Origin: Elusimicrobiota bacterium
GTDB taxonomy: Bacteria; Elusimicrobiota; Endomicrobiia; CG1-02-37-114; JAHJSO01
Length of the DNA stretch: 64,000 nt
Assembly: GCA_043826435.1 (NCBI GenBank)
Contig: JBDRQF010000011.1
Span: 7,025 to 71,024, forward strand
Reading direction: 5' to 3'
Below the pieces are notes generated by a model. That model made no database searches. It saw nothing but the letters and a program-made list of their open reading frames with translations, and was not told the origin of the DNA. A program made the translations under genes and the position numbers. Every line of letters starts with the position of its first letter. Position 1 is the first letter of the stretch. Below, one piece after another: positions 20,865-30,539 of this stretch.

Positions 20865-21558
20865 TTTTTTGACAGACACACAAAAGCGACATTCCTGCGG
20901 GCGGCGTAATTATTTTTTCAAACTTTGCAATGAACGGCACAAACTTGTCAAATATCAACGGCTGCAGGATTGAGAATTTTTTTCTTTTCAGCAGCCGGCC
21001 GTTTAAGTACCATCCGAATATGCCGGGAAAGTTGCTGTAATTTATTTTCTTAATTTCAAAACCGGCGTTCTTTACCTTGTCGGAAAGGCCATTTTTGTCG
21101 TAGCGCCTGCAATGAGACAGAAAACGGTCCATCGTGCCGTACAGGGATGACATAGCGGGGACAAAGAGTATAAGTTTTCCCCCCGGGTCAAGGATGTCGT
21201 AAATATTTTTGAGCGACTGAACGTCGTTTTCAACGTGCTCAAGGACGTTGATGCAGACGATGGTGTCAAATTTTTCCGGGAATTTTTGATAGATATATTT
21301 GTCTGAAATATCGGCGCAAATAAAATTTATCGCCTGCCAGTCAATTTTCATGTGCCGGATGTAGGTATCTTCCCTGTCAAGGCAGGTCAGGTTTGTTATG
21401 TCTTTTAAATAACCGGTAATGTTCCCTGTGCCGCAGCCGACCTCAAGGGTCCTTTTGCCTACGTGTGGAAGGATCATATCAAAAATCCACTTGTTGTAAT
21501 TGTGTGCGAGTGCAAACGTTTTTAACACGTTTGATGCATAATCATAATTCATAGACAT
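20854..21558 (-). CDS. Class I SAM-dependent methyltransferase
   Basis: TLEVGCGTGNITGYL (motif I) and DTIVCINVLEHVEND (motif II/post II). Start moved to the internal MSMNYDY to remove a 128-nt overlap. Confidence 0.8.
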   Translation of the reverse strand: MSMNYDYASNVLKTFALAHNYNKWIFDMILPHVGKRTLEVGCGTGNITGYLKDITNLTCLDREDTYIRHMKIDWQAINFICADISDKYIYQKFPEKFDTIVCINVLEHVENDVQSLKNIYDILDPGGKLILFVPAMSSLYGTMDRFLSHCRRYDKNGLSDKVKNAGFEIKKINYSNFPGIFGWYLNGRLLKRKKFSILQPLIFDKFVPFIAKFEKIITPPAGMSLLCVCQKNEK

Positions 21559-23245
21559 ATATTTCAGGCCCTTTTGACGGCGCCGTTTGCCGTTTGCCGC
21601 CGTCCGTTTTATCGGGGAATTGTTTAAGTATCCGGGCGTTCTTTTCAACCCCGGTATAAAAGTCAACAATACCCTTATCCCGTGAATTTAATCCTGAATG
21701 CCTCGCCCAGGAATTCAGTACCAGGTACCGGATGCCCTTTTTTCGCAGGTATTTAAAACCGGGGGCAACGTCAACCAGGTCCTGCATTTTCTCCGCTTCT
21801 TCAACGACATATTTTATCCCGCTGACCTCTGCCGGCGGGCGATAGACCCTGTAAATCTCATAACCGTAATTTCCGTCCGGGTGGGCCTCCAGCAGGAGTT
21901 TTAGGTATTCCTTTTTATAATGGTTCAGCAGGGCCGCCCTGTCGTACAGCCGTTCAAGTTGGGTTTTCGTTTCCTTTATGGGCGGCGAGAAAGGGTACAG
22001 GTCAACAAGGACGGCGGCGCCGTGTGGCAGGTTTTTGTAAATCCACTCTTTTGCAATCGTCCGGTTATCTTTAAGCGTGTAGATATAACCGGTTTTGAGG
22101 CAGAGTATAACGGATGGGGTAAGGACTATGAGAAATGCCAGGATAAATGCCGGGGTGCTCAGTGAAGACGATTTTATTTTGCCGGCAAGTTTATCGGCGA
22201 GCCATCCACCCGCAAGCGCAAGGAACGGGAATGCAGGAAATAAATAACCGATACCGGGGCTGTGATAAAATACCACGGGTATTGAAAACAACGCGACGGG
22301 AACCATCAGGAGAAATCCTTTGGACAACAGCCATATCGCGCCTGCAAGGCACAGCATCCCTGCAAACGGCGGTCCCTGCGGCGGCGTCACGTGTCCCCTG
22401 TTCCCCATAAACAGGATGTTTGAAAAGACCTCCCTGATGTTGATTAATATGCTTGCCGGCGGAGTGCTCGCATGCGCAAAAAAATCCCTTCTGAAAGTGG
22501 CGAAGTCAAGGACGCTGTAAGGGGTGCCTGCTATAAAGGTTACCAGGACGATAGACAGCCCTAACCACAGCCGGGCGTCGGAAAGGGCCGCTATTTTTTT
22601 GTTACGCACAAAATAGACAACGGGCAGCATCACGACCATAGGTATTGCGTTGTAAAAGATTGATATTGATATGCCAAGGGATATACAGGACAGGTAGAAA
22701 TTTTTGTTTTTGCCCTCCATGTAGAATAACGCCAGGAAATAAAACGAAAGGACAAGGAAAAATAAACTCGGCTGGCTCGGCCGTATCTCGTGAGCTGAGA
22801 TTAATACCGAAGGGATGCAGGTAAACAACGCTGCGGCGCAAAGCCCCGCCTTTTTATTGAAGAGGAGTTTTCCCGTTTTATACACCAAAAGGGCCGCGCC
22901 CGTCGTCCACAAGACGGAGAATATCCGGAGCGTCAAATAGACGCCGCTTGGGTCTTTTACAAAGGATATTGCGAATTCCTGCGTGCTTGAGAATGCGCCG
23001 GCAATCCTTCCAATGATAAAATAAATCCCACATACAAAAAAGGTGAAATACAGATACAGGGACGGGTAGTTGAAAAAATGAGGGTTCAGGTCGCCCGTGC
23101 CGAACCTTAAGGCGTAATTCACCACCTTGTACTCCTCGGTGGTGTATATGTGGGGTAAATCATAGTTAATCCCCCACAGGCCCAGTGCCAGAGATGCGAG
23201 CATTATACAGACCGGCAAAATGTTATTTTTCAGGATACCATTCAT
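21542..23245 (-). CDS. GT-C family membrane glycosyltransferase (GT39/PMT_2/ArnT-like)
   Basis: 567 aa with at least 11 TM helices. The first-loop acidic motif YTTEEYKVVNYA and the topology with a C-terminal soluble domain fit PMT_2. Confidence 0.65.
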   Translation of the reverse strand: MNGILKNNILPVCIMLASLALGLWGINYDLPHIYTTEEYKVVNYALRFGTGDLNPHFFNYPSLYLYFTFFVCGIYFIIGRIAGAFSSTQEFAISFVKDPSGVYLTLRIFSVLWTTGAALLVYKTGKLLFNKKAGLCAAALFTCIPSVLISAHEIRPSQPSLFFLVLSFYFLALFYMEGKNKNFYLSCISLGISISIFYNAIPMVVMLPVVYFVRNKKIAALSDARLWLGLSIVLVTFIAGTPYSVLDFATFRRDFFAHASTPPASILINIREVFSNILFMGNRGHVTPPQGPPFAGMLCLAGAIWLLSKGFLLMVPVALFSIPVVFYHSPGIGYLFPAFPFLALAGGWLADKLAGKIKSSSLSTPAFILAFLIVLTPSVILCLKTGYIYTLKDNRTIAKEWIYKNLPHGAAVLVDLYPFSPPIKETKTQLERLYDRAALLNHYKKEYLKLLLEAHPDGNYGYEIYRVYRPPAEVSGIKYVVEEAEKMQDLVDVAPGFKYLRKKGIRYLVLNSWARHSGLNSRDKGIVDFYTGVEKNARILKQFPDKTDGGKRQTAPSKGPEIYVYEL

Positions 23246-24782
23246 ACCTTTGTTTGTCCCACCGGACTTTGGTAAAGGTTACGGGCGGTACGTCCCTCTG
23301 GAACAGGACTACCTGTGTCGGGGAATTCCGCAGAGTCATTTTGCGGTTAAACCCTTTTTTAATAACCTGCCCTAACGGGCTAGCCTCGTTAAAATTTTCC
23401 CACTCAAGTATAATTACAGTGCGGATTTTTTTATCCGTGACTGATTTTGCAATGTCCGTCTCAAAATCCGTAGCGGGCGGGATAACGTTCCTGCCGTGCG
23501 GGAAAATGCCTGCGAAGAAGTAGTACCTGTGTTCAGAATACATCGCTACGATTTCTTTTTCCACCGTGTGACTGCGGATTTCATCTGCGAGGGCCAGGTC
23601 ATGCCAGATGGTATATACCGATAAAGGGGTTTTTTGTTTTTGAAATTCAACCCCCGCGGGGTGTACCCTTATCAGGTAATAGAAGAAGCGCGCCGTGTTG
23701 AGTCCCACCCTTGCGGCAGCCGGCGCCAGAAGCAGGACGGTTAAAACGAAAGCAGTTTTCTTAAAACGTCCGAAGAACGGCGACTCCGCAATGTACTTCA
23801 TACCAATCCCGGCGAGTATAATCATTAGAGGTAGCGTTTGCAGGGTATAGTAGTGCCACAACTTCTGAAAATGTATCAAAAGCCCTGAAATAGCGAGGAC
23901 AAAAAGCAGGACCTCCGGCGAATTTATTTTTGTTTTATAAACACCATCCTTAATGATTTTTAATGCCCCGAGGAGAAAAAGAATCCAGAATAGAGGTATC
24001 TGTCCGGCGAAGAAGTCAAAAGCGGTTTTCCATCTGAATTCCCTTGGATATGCAGACACAACCTGCGGGAATATGTTGTCCCACACGAGCGATGCAAGTC
24101 CATGCAGGTGATAAAAAAAGAAAAACAAAAAAATTAAAAATAGAACCGCAACGGTAATACCAGAAATTCTCTTAAAAGTTTCTTTGAGTCGGGTCTCTCT
24201 GAAAAGAAAAGCAAGCAGACAAAAACAGGCATAGCCCAGAAGATAAAGTAGCCCGGTCTGTTTAAAGAGGAAGCACAAGAAAATAAGCCCTCCTATTGTT
24301 AGAAAATTCAGTATGGATTTTCCGTCCGAAAATAGGTCTTTTTTGATGTAGATATAAAAGGATAGAAGGCCCAAAAAGGCAATAAACTGTTCCGCCCGCA
24401 GGTCAGTTCCGCCGAACAGAGGTAATGACAAAATATATAAACAGACAGTTATCCATTTCTGGATATAAGTAAACTCAAAAAAAATCAGGGTTTTCCAGAG
24501 CAGCCACAGGGTGAGAATGTTCAAGCAAAAAATTGTAAGGCGGGCGACAAAAACATTGTAAGAGAATATCAAAAAAATGGGTGCCAGGAATATACCAGTG
24601 CCTGGTGTTTTGTGTGAGCCGGAAAACTGGTAGGGCAAAAAACCATTCATTATTCCCTGTGCGACAAGGCAGTACTCGTTTTCCCCGTTCCACGCAAAAA
24701 GCCATATAATGACTAAATTGTAAAAAATCAGCAGAAAAAAACATGAACGGATTAAAAGTTTAAAATTAATATTTTTTATCAT
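23223..24782 (-). CDS. GT-C family membrane glycosyltransferase paralog
   Basis: 519 aa and polytopic. Has a WNGENEYCLVAQG first-loop motif. Translationally coupled (overlapping) with its neighbours. Confidence 0.55.
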   Translation of the reverse strand: MIKNINFKLLIRSCFFLLIFYNLVIIWLFAWNGENEYCLVAQGIMNGFLPYQFSGSHKTPGTGIFLAPIFLIFSYNVFVARLTIFCLNILTLWLLWKTLIFFEFTYIQKWITVCLYILSLPLFGGTDLRAEQFIAFLGLLSFYIYIKKDLFSDGKSILNFLTIGGLIFLCFLFKQTGLLYLLGYACFCLLAFLFRETRLKETFKRISGITVAVLFLIFLFFFFYHLHGLASLVWDNIFPQVVSAYPREFRWKTAFDFFAGQIPLFWILFLLGALKIIKDGVYKTKINSPEVLLFVLAISGLLIHFQKLWHYYTLQTLPLMIILAGIGMKYIAESPFFGRFKKTAFVLTVLLLAPAAARVGLNTARFFYYLIRVHPAGVEFQKQKTPLSVYTIWHDLALADEIRSHTVEKEIVAMYSEHRYYFFAGIFPHGRNVIPPATDFETDIAKSVTDKKIRTVIILEWENFNEASPLGQVIKKGFNRKMTLRNSPTQVVLFQRDVPPVTFTKVRWDKQRYEWYPEK

Positions 24783-26316
24783 ATTTGTTTATCCGTTTGG
24801 TTTTTATTGTCTTTTCTGATTTCCTGTAGATTTTATATAATTTGCCTTCATATATTAGTTGGTAGTCGTTGTTCAGGGTAAACTGAATATGCGAGTATAT
24901 TTCCGGCCTGTTATTCCGGATGTTATTAAAGTCCTTTTCGTATGTTTCGTCAACTATAATGACGTCGGTTTTTTGTTTACTGTAATATCCGAGGGAATGG
25001 TCAGCCACCACCCTGTCAAAACCCAGTAAGAACGATGTTTCCCATGGGGCATTAATAGTGTCTGTGGGCGATAAAATTTGCAGGACCTTGTTTATATCGG
25101 GCAGGAATTTTTTATGATACTCGTTCCTTTTAAATCTGTATATGTTGACCCCCGAAGACAGCATTACTACAGGAATAAGTGCAAGCGTAAAAATCTGCCT
25201 GGGGATGGTTTTTTCTTTGAGACGGCTGCGAAAGATTACGACACATGCTGCGAATATAGGGACTATATGGACCAGATAAGTCGGCCATTTATGGCTGGAT
25301 AAAAACATTAATAGAAAAAAATAGATTGCCGTGAGGAAGAAAATCATGCGGGAGGGATAATTATCCTTTTTTCTGAGTATTAAATAACCGAGAGAGATGA
25401 ATGAAAAAAAGTAGACAACAAGTATAAATAATAATGCACGGGAATGAACTGAAAAATCTGACCCGAGCCCATATGCAAACAGATATCTCCATCTTATTTC
25501 ATTATAGATTGTTGTTATACTGAAACCACTTTGTGTCGGATAGTGTAATCCGAATACAATTCCAAAAAATTGATGATAAAAAGCGTCTAAATCCTTAAGA
25601 ATATACCATCCCCATGACAAAGCCCCGATAAAGTATGGAATGGCGGATATTAAAATATGTTTTATTTTTATTTTTTTAATGTCATGATATAAAACTAAAA
25701 ACAAAAGTGCTGCAAAGCCAAGAATTCCGTTTGGATGGGTTAACCCGGACATAACAATCAGAGTGTTTGATAGCAGGAGTGCTTTTGGAAGCGATCTTTC
25801 TCTTAGAGCCATATAACCCGCCCACGAGCAGAAGGCAAGGGAGGCGCACATAATGTCAAATACCCTGCCGCTTGCCGAGAAACGGGTGTATATAAAATCA
25901 ACGCTTATTAAAACCAGAGCGAACAAAGAGGTTTGTCCGTCAACATTGAATTTGTTAAGAATTATATACCATGCAAACAGTCCGATTAAACCCCAGAAAA
26001 CAGCAAGAGATCGCAGTTGAAACAAACCAATGCCAAACAATTTAAACCAGCAGGCCTGTGCTATTATAGATAATGGTGGTTGTCCATAATAATACTTGTC
26101 CAGTCCCTTCCACCATGGATTATATTCTGCAGGGACAACTGATTTTACCTGCGGGATTCCCATAAACCCGTTTCTTAGTAAATTTACAGCAACATTTGAT
26201 TGTATCATTTCATCTTCGTGTGGTCTTTGTACATATATCAAACCGGCAGCAAAAAACAAGTATAATATTAAAGGTATTAACAAAAATAATCTGGGATTAG
26301 TTGGATTATTAAACAT
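24766..26316 (-). CDS. GT-C family membrane glycosyltransferase paralog (PMT_2/ArnT-like)
   Basis: 516 aa and polytopic. RPHEDEMIQSNVAVNL is a strong PMT/ArnT-type DE loop motif. Confidence 0.65.
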   Translation of the reverse strand: MFNNPTNPRLFLLIPLILYLFFAAGLIYVQRPHEDEMIQSNVAVNLLRNGFMGIPQVKSVVPAEYNPWWKGLDKYYYGQPPLSIIAQACWFKLFGIGLFQLRSLAVFWGLIGLFAWYIILNKFNVDGQTSLFALVLISVDFIYTRFSASGRVFDIMCASLAFCSWAGYMALRERSLPKALLLSNTLIVMSGLTHPNGILGFAALLFLVLYHDIKKIKIKHILISAIPYFIGALSWGWYILKDLDAFYHQFFGIVFGLHYPTQSGFSITTIYNEIRWRYLFAYGLGSDFSVHSRALLFILVVYFFSFISLGYLILRKKDNYPSRMIFFLTAIYFFLLMFLSSHKWPTYLVHIVPIFAACVVIFRSRLKEKTIPRQIFTLALIPVVMLSSGVNIYRFKRNEYHKKFLPDINKVLQILSPTDTINAPWETSFLLGFDRVVADHSLGYYSKQKTDVIIVDETYEKDFNNIRNNRPEIYSHIQFTLNNDYQLIYEGKLYKIYRKSEKTIKTKRINKYDKKY

Positions 26317-26320
26317 TGGT

Positions 26321-27811
26321 TCAATCGGATTGTTTTTTAAAATTAAACACGAATAATATTTTTATAAATAAATAGAGTAAATTTATACCGAGAGAAGCGA
26401 GATAGAATAATTCCTTTAGGTTAATAAACCATCTGTCTGAGAGTAGGAACCATCCTACCGGGCCTTCTTTTTCAAGTAGTAAACGGATTACCCTTTTCGG
26501 CCTCAGCGAGAAAAAGAGATTTATTTTGAGCACGTCGTTCACCAGTTCTTTTTCCGTAGTTGTCCGCGGGACATAAGACAGCCGTGAACTTTTGAAGGGT
26601 GATTCCACCAGTGAACCGCAGGCATTGAGATTCTCCCAGTTTTTACCGGTATTCAGCCGGTTTTCTCTTTTTGCAATCTCATAGAGTTCCGTGCCGGGAT
26701 AGGGCGTGGCGTTGTTGAACCTGACATAATTCAGGTCCAGTTGTTTTGCAAGTTTATATGACTGCCATCTTTCTTCTTTCGTTTCAGTCGGCAGTCCTAA
26801 AATAAATGTAGCCGAGACCTGGAATCCGAATTTTTTTACCAGTTTAACCGCTTGTATGTTTTTCTCTACCGTCTCTCCCTTGTTTATCAATTTCATCAAC
26901 CGTTCGGAGGCAGTTTCTATGCCGAAATTAATCGTCCTGAAACCGGCCATTTTCAAATATTCAAGGATTTCCGGATTGATAGAATCGCCTCGCGTTTGAC
27001 AATCAAATTTCGCTTTCAGGTAAAACTTATTTTTGTGCATCAACGTGCATAATTTTTTTGTTCTGTTTTTGTTTACTGTGAAATCATCGTCAACGAACAA
27101 TATATATTTTTGTTTATATTTGTTTATCAACAAATCAAGCAGTTCAATTACTTTTTCAGGATTTATATAGCGATATGTTCTGCCGGAAATACATCTTTGA
27201 CTGCAGAAAATACAATTGTACGGACACCCCCTGGATGTGGCTATAAACCCAAAATTATATTTACCCAGATGTTTTTCAAACAGATGGTAAGGAAATGGTG
27301 GCAGGGAATCCATTGCGGGCAATCTGGCGTCCGGGTTGTGGATTAAGTTACCATGCCTGTCGTTGAATGAAATCCCCTGTATTTTTGAGTAGTCCTCTTT
27401 TCTTTTTATTGACTCATATAGCAAATTAAGGGTTTCTTCCCCTTCCCTTCTGACTACTATATCTACATAACCGGTTTTAAGCGCCTCTTCCGATAATACG
27501 GTCGGGTGTATTCCCCCCAGTATAATCTTTGAATCAGGATATTTTTCCTTTAGCATTTTTGCAAGTTCATATGCTCTGGAAATACCGGCAGTAAGGCATG
27601 AAATACCGAATATGTATGGAGCGACGGTGTCTCTTGAATATTCATCTATAAGTCCGGAATTAATTGGCGTAATGTTTTCATCTATTATTCCGACCTTTCT
27701 GTTCTGGCTGATTAAATATCCTGCCAGGGAGCCGAGACCGATGGGCACATACATCGGGACATACCGCGCAAACTTACCTAATTTTTGAACCTGAGGGTTT
27801 ATCAGAATCAT
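26321..27811 (-). CDS. B12-binding radical SAM protein (class B radical SAM, methyltransferase-like)
   Basis: N-terminal cobalamin-binding domain (...ILGGIHPT...) followed by SRGCPYNCIFCSQ (a CxxxCxxC radical SAM cluster). 496 aa. Confidence 0.85.
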   Translation of the reverse strand: MILINPQVQKLGKFARYVPMYVPIGLGSLAGYLISQNRKVGIIDENITPINSGLIDEYSRDTVAPYIFGISCLTAGISRAYELAKMLKEKYPDSKIILGGIHPTVLSEEALKTGYVDIVVRREGEETLNLLYESIKRKEDYSKIQGISFNDRHGNLIHNPDARLPAMDSLPPFPYHLFEKHLGKYNFGFIATSRGCPYNCIFCSQRCISGRTYRYINPEKVIELLDLLINKYKQKYILFVDDDFTVNKNRTKKLCTLMHKNKFYLKAKFDCQTRGDSINPEILEYLKMAGFRTINFGIETASERLMKLINKGETVEKNIQAVKLVKKFGFQVSATFILGLPTETKEERWQSYKLAKQLDLNYVRFNNATPYPGTELYEIAKRENRLNTGKNWENLNACGSLVESPFKSSRLSYVPRTTTEKELVNDVLKINLFFSLRPKRVIRLLLEKEGPVGWFLLSDRWFINLKELFYLASLGINLLYLFIKILFVFNFKKQSD

Positions 27812-27826
27812 TTATTTATCCGCCGT

Positions 27827-28378
27827 TTAGCCGCCCGGGTCTAATTTTAAAAAATCCTTCAGGAATTTGGACATCACCGCTATGTAATGCCCCTTTTTTG
27901 TATTCTTATATCGCCCGTTTTCTATGACAATACAATTTGATTCAAGTATGTGATGCAGCCGTCTTTTAAAAACATCATCAGGCGGGTATTTGTGTTTCAT
28001 TTCCTCGTAAGAAAGTTTTTTTGCGGGAGATGTTTCAAATTCAATCATCATCCTGCCGGTAATGGTGCGGTCAATGAAAAAATAAAACTGGCAGTAGCCA
28101 ATGAATAAAAAGACATACAGGATGTACCCCGTTATAAAATTAAGTATTTTTGAAACAGACAAAACAACTCTGGAAGTCAAAAGCAGGTCGGCGGGTATTA
28201 GCATAAGGATGTTTACCGGGATTAGAATGTATGCTAATACATAGCCGAGCGTGAACGCATAAAAGGTGATTTTTATTGTTCTGAATCTCTCTTTTATATT
28301 GAATAGATGGAAAATAATTATGTGTATTATAAAAAACAGAATAAAACATAAAAAGCCAATAATTAATCCTTTTAACAT
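27827..28378 (-). CDS. Small membrane protein with C-terminal winged-helix-like domain (paralog A)
   Basis: 183 aa with three N-terminal hydrophobic helices, then a charged cytoplasmic domain (SYEEMKHKYPPDDVFKRRLHHILESNCIVIENGRYKNTKKG). About 45% identical to the adjacent gene. Confidence 0.6.
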   Translation of the reverse strand: MLKGLIIGFLCFILFFIIHIIIFHLFNIKERFRTIKITFYAFTLGYVLAYILIPVNILMLIPADLLLTSRVVLSVSKILNFITGYILYVFLFIGYCQFYFFIDRTITGRMMIEFETSPAKKLSYEEMKHKYPPDDVFKRRLHHILESNCIVIENGRYKNTKKGHYIAVMSKFLKDFLKLDPGG

Positions 28379-28390
28379 GTTTTTTGCTCT

Positions 28391-28945
28391 TTAACCGCCG
28401 GGCCAGACATTCAGAATTTTCTTTGATATTCCGAACAAATTTGCTAAACAGCGTCCCTTTGTCGTATTTCTGTAGTAGCCCGCCTCTTCAACGATGCATC
28501 CGGATTCAACCATGTGTCTGAAGCGTCTTCTATAAATCTCGTCGGGCGAATAGACATTTTTCAGTTCTTCAAAAGAGACGCGTTTTTCCGGATGTCTTTC
28601 CAGTTCAACCATTACTCTGAGAGAGAGAGAACGATCAATTATAAAATAAAACTCGCCGTAAGACATAAAAAGAAAAACATACAGCATAAAACCGGTTACA
28701 AAGTTGAGAACTTTTGATATGGCCAGGACTGTTTCGGATGTCTGCATCGGGTCGGCGGGTATTAGCATAAGGATATCCCCGGAAATTAAAGTATAAAGGA
28801 CGATATAAAGAGGGATGAGTGAAAGGAAAATATTTCTTATTACCCTGAACCTTTTTTCAAATGGACCCCGATAGTGGAATACAATGGAGTGCAATATAAG
28901 GAACAACATGAAACAAAAAAAACCTATCAGGAGTCCTTTTAGCAT
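28391..28945 (-). CDS. Small membrane protein with C-terminal winged-helix-like domain (paralog B)
   Basis: 184 aa, same architecture as paralog A (MLKGLLIGFFCF..., ...SFEELKNVYSPDEIYRRRFRHMVESGCIVEEAGYYRNTTKG). A tandem duplicate. Confidence 0.6.
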   Translation of the reverse strand: MLKGLLIGFFCFMLFLILHSIVFHYRGPFEKRFRVIRNIFLSLIPLYIVLYTLISGDILMLIPADPMQTSETVLAISKVLNFVTGFMLYVFLFMSYGEFYFIIDRSLSLRVMVELERHPEKRVSFEELKNVYSPDEIYRRRFRHMVESGCIVEEAGYYRNTTKGRCLANLFGISKKILNVWPGG

Positions 28946-28961
28946 TGTTTTAACCCGGGCA

Positions 28962-30494
28962 TTACTTCATAAAACTCTGAATTAATTTTATCATGTCAGA
29001 GGGTTGTATGGTTTCTTTATTGCCTAAATACTGTACCGCGAGGGATCCTGCGCAGTTGCCTACAAAGGCAACTATTTCCGGATGGACATTTAAATAGGTT
29101 AAGGGGGATGTAAGAGCCAGGACGGCGTCCCCTGCACCGATCGTGTCAACGATTTTCCATGCCAATGCGGGGACCCTGTATAAACTTCCTTTACTGTAAT
29201 ATAAAGAGCCTTCATGTCCCAGTGTTGTATTTATTTTGGGGCATTTGAGTTGTAGGGCGATTTTTTTAACCATATCTTCTAAATTGCCGTGCTGGTCATG
29301 GCATGCCAGACGGATTTCTTCGTGGTCTAAAACAACATAGTCAGCCCTCGAGTATTTGGTTATCAGATTATATCCTAAATTTGCACTATTGGATTGAGCC
29401 ATCACCACCAGGTAAGGAGAGTTGTTGCAGAGAATATTAACAATTCCATTTGTTATGAACCCATGTCCGAAATCAGCGGAAATTACCATGTCATATCCGC
29501 CCACCATTTTGTTGAATAATTTTATTACATCCTTTTCAAGTTCAGGGTTTATGGGCTGTTCATTTAGAGAGCATATTTCAAACATTTTTTGATTAAAGAC
29601 GCGTTCAAGGAAGCGGGATTTTATTATTGTGGATCCATCATCGCGATAACATGGAAATAATTTTATATTTTTTTTCAGACGCGTCCTGATAAAATATTCC
29701 TTGGTATTTTGTTTACCTAACAGCCCTATAAGACCCACTTCCTTTACAAATCCCGCGATGTGATTTGCCACACACAGGGCGCCACCCGGGTATGTCTCCC
29801 TATGAGTAAATTTTGATGAAACAACCGTTGATTTTGATGCCCGCTGAAACAGATGACAAAAATTATATTCATCAATGATGGGTTCTCCTATGATTAACAC
29901 TTTAAGTTTTTTTAACCCTTCAATTGCATCCAAAACATCCTCAAGGGTGAACTTCTGCGTAAAACCAGAAAGGAAGTGTTTTATTTTGTCAGGCAGGATG
30001 TCAAAATGGTCTTTAAGGAGTTTTGTTGAGGAGAATATCTCTTCGTCCGTAAAAATAAGTTTCCCGCCGATTGATTTGACCACGGATGCTTCCCGGTCAA
30101 GTCGCCCGGTTGCATCGCTTTTTACCGATTCAAAATCGCTACCTTTGACATATAAATCGGGCCTGATGGTTTTCAATGTTTCTTCGGCAGTGGGCCATTG
30201 ATTTATAGCGACATAATCCGCGCAGTCAAGAGCAGCGATTGAGTCCGCCCTTTGTTTTTCGTTAAAGACAGGTCTGCCCGGCCCTCTCTTTATATAACAG
30301 TCGGGCGTGATGGTTACAACCAGAACGTCCCCCATCTTTTTTGCCGCCTGCAGATGTTTAATATGGCCGAAATGCATTAAATCAAAACAGCCGTGGCAAA
30401 GGACAATTTTTTTGCCCTGTTTTTTGATTTTAGTTATTATTTTAGAAAGGGTATTTAAATCTTTGATTTTGGTTGACGGTTCTATTTTGCTCAC
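28962..30494 (-). CDS. Bifunctional sugar-phosphate nucleotidyltransferase (RfaE-domain-II/cytidylyltransferase-like) / PfkB-family sugar kinase, HldE-like with reversed domain order
   Basis: N-terminus: IVLCHGCFDLMHFGHIKHLQAAKKMGDVLVVTITPD (HxGH nucleotidyltransferase, RfaE domain II type). C-terminus: PfkB signature DTIGAGDAVLA. 510 aa. Confidence 0.8.
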   Translation of the reverse strand: MSKIEPSTKIKDLNTLSKIITKIKKQGKKIVLCHGCFDLMHFGHIKHLQAAKKMGDVLVVTITPDCYIKRGPGRPVFNEKQRADSIAALDCADYVAINQWPTAEETLKTIRPDLYVKGSDFESVKSDATGRLDREASVVKSIGGKLIFTDEEIFSSTKLLKDHFDILPDKIKHFLSGFTQKFTLEDVLDAIEGLKKLKVLIIGEPIIDEYNFCHLFQRASKSTVVSSKFTHRETYPGGALCVANHIAGFVKEVGLIGLLGKQNTKEYFIRTRLKKNIKLFPCYRDDGSTIIKSRFLERVFNQKMFEICSLNEQPINPELEKDVIKLFNKMVGGYDMVISADFGHGFITNGIVNILCNNSPYLVVMAQSNSANLGYNLITKYSRADYVVLDHEEIRLACHDQHGNLEDMVKKIALQLKCPKINTTLGHEGSLYYSKGSLYRVPALAWKIVDTIGAGDAVLALTSPLTYLNVHPEIVAFVGNCAGSLAVQYLGNKETIQPSDMIKLIQSFMK

Positions 30495-30539
30495 TATTTT
30501 TCTCCTTTTATTAAATTATACATTTTTTATGTTTGTAAA

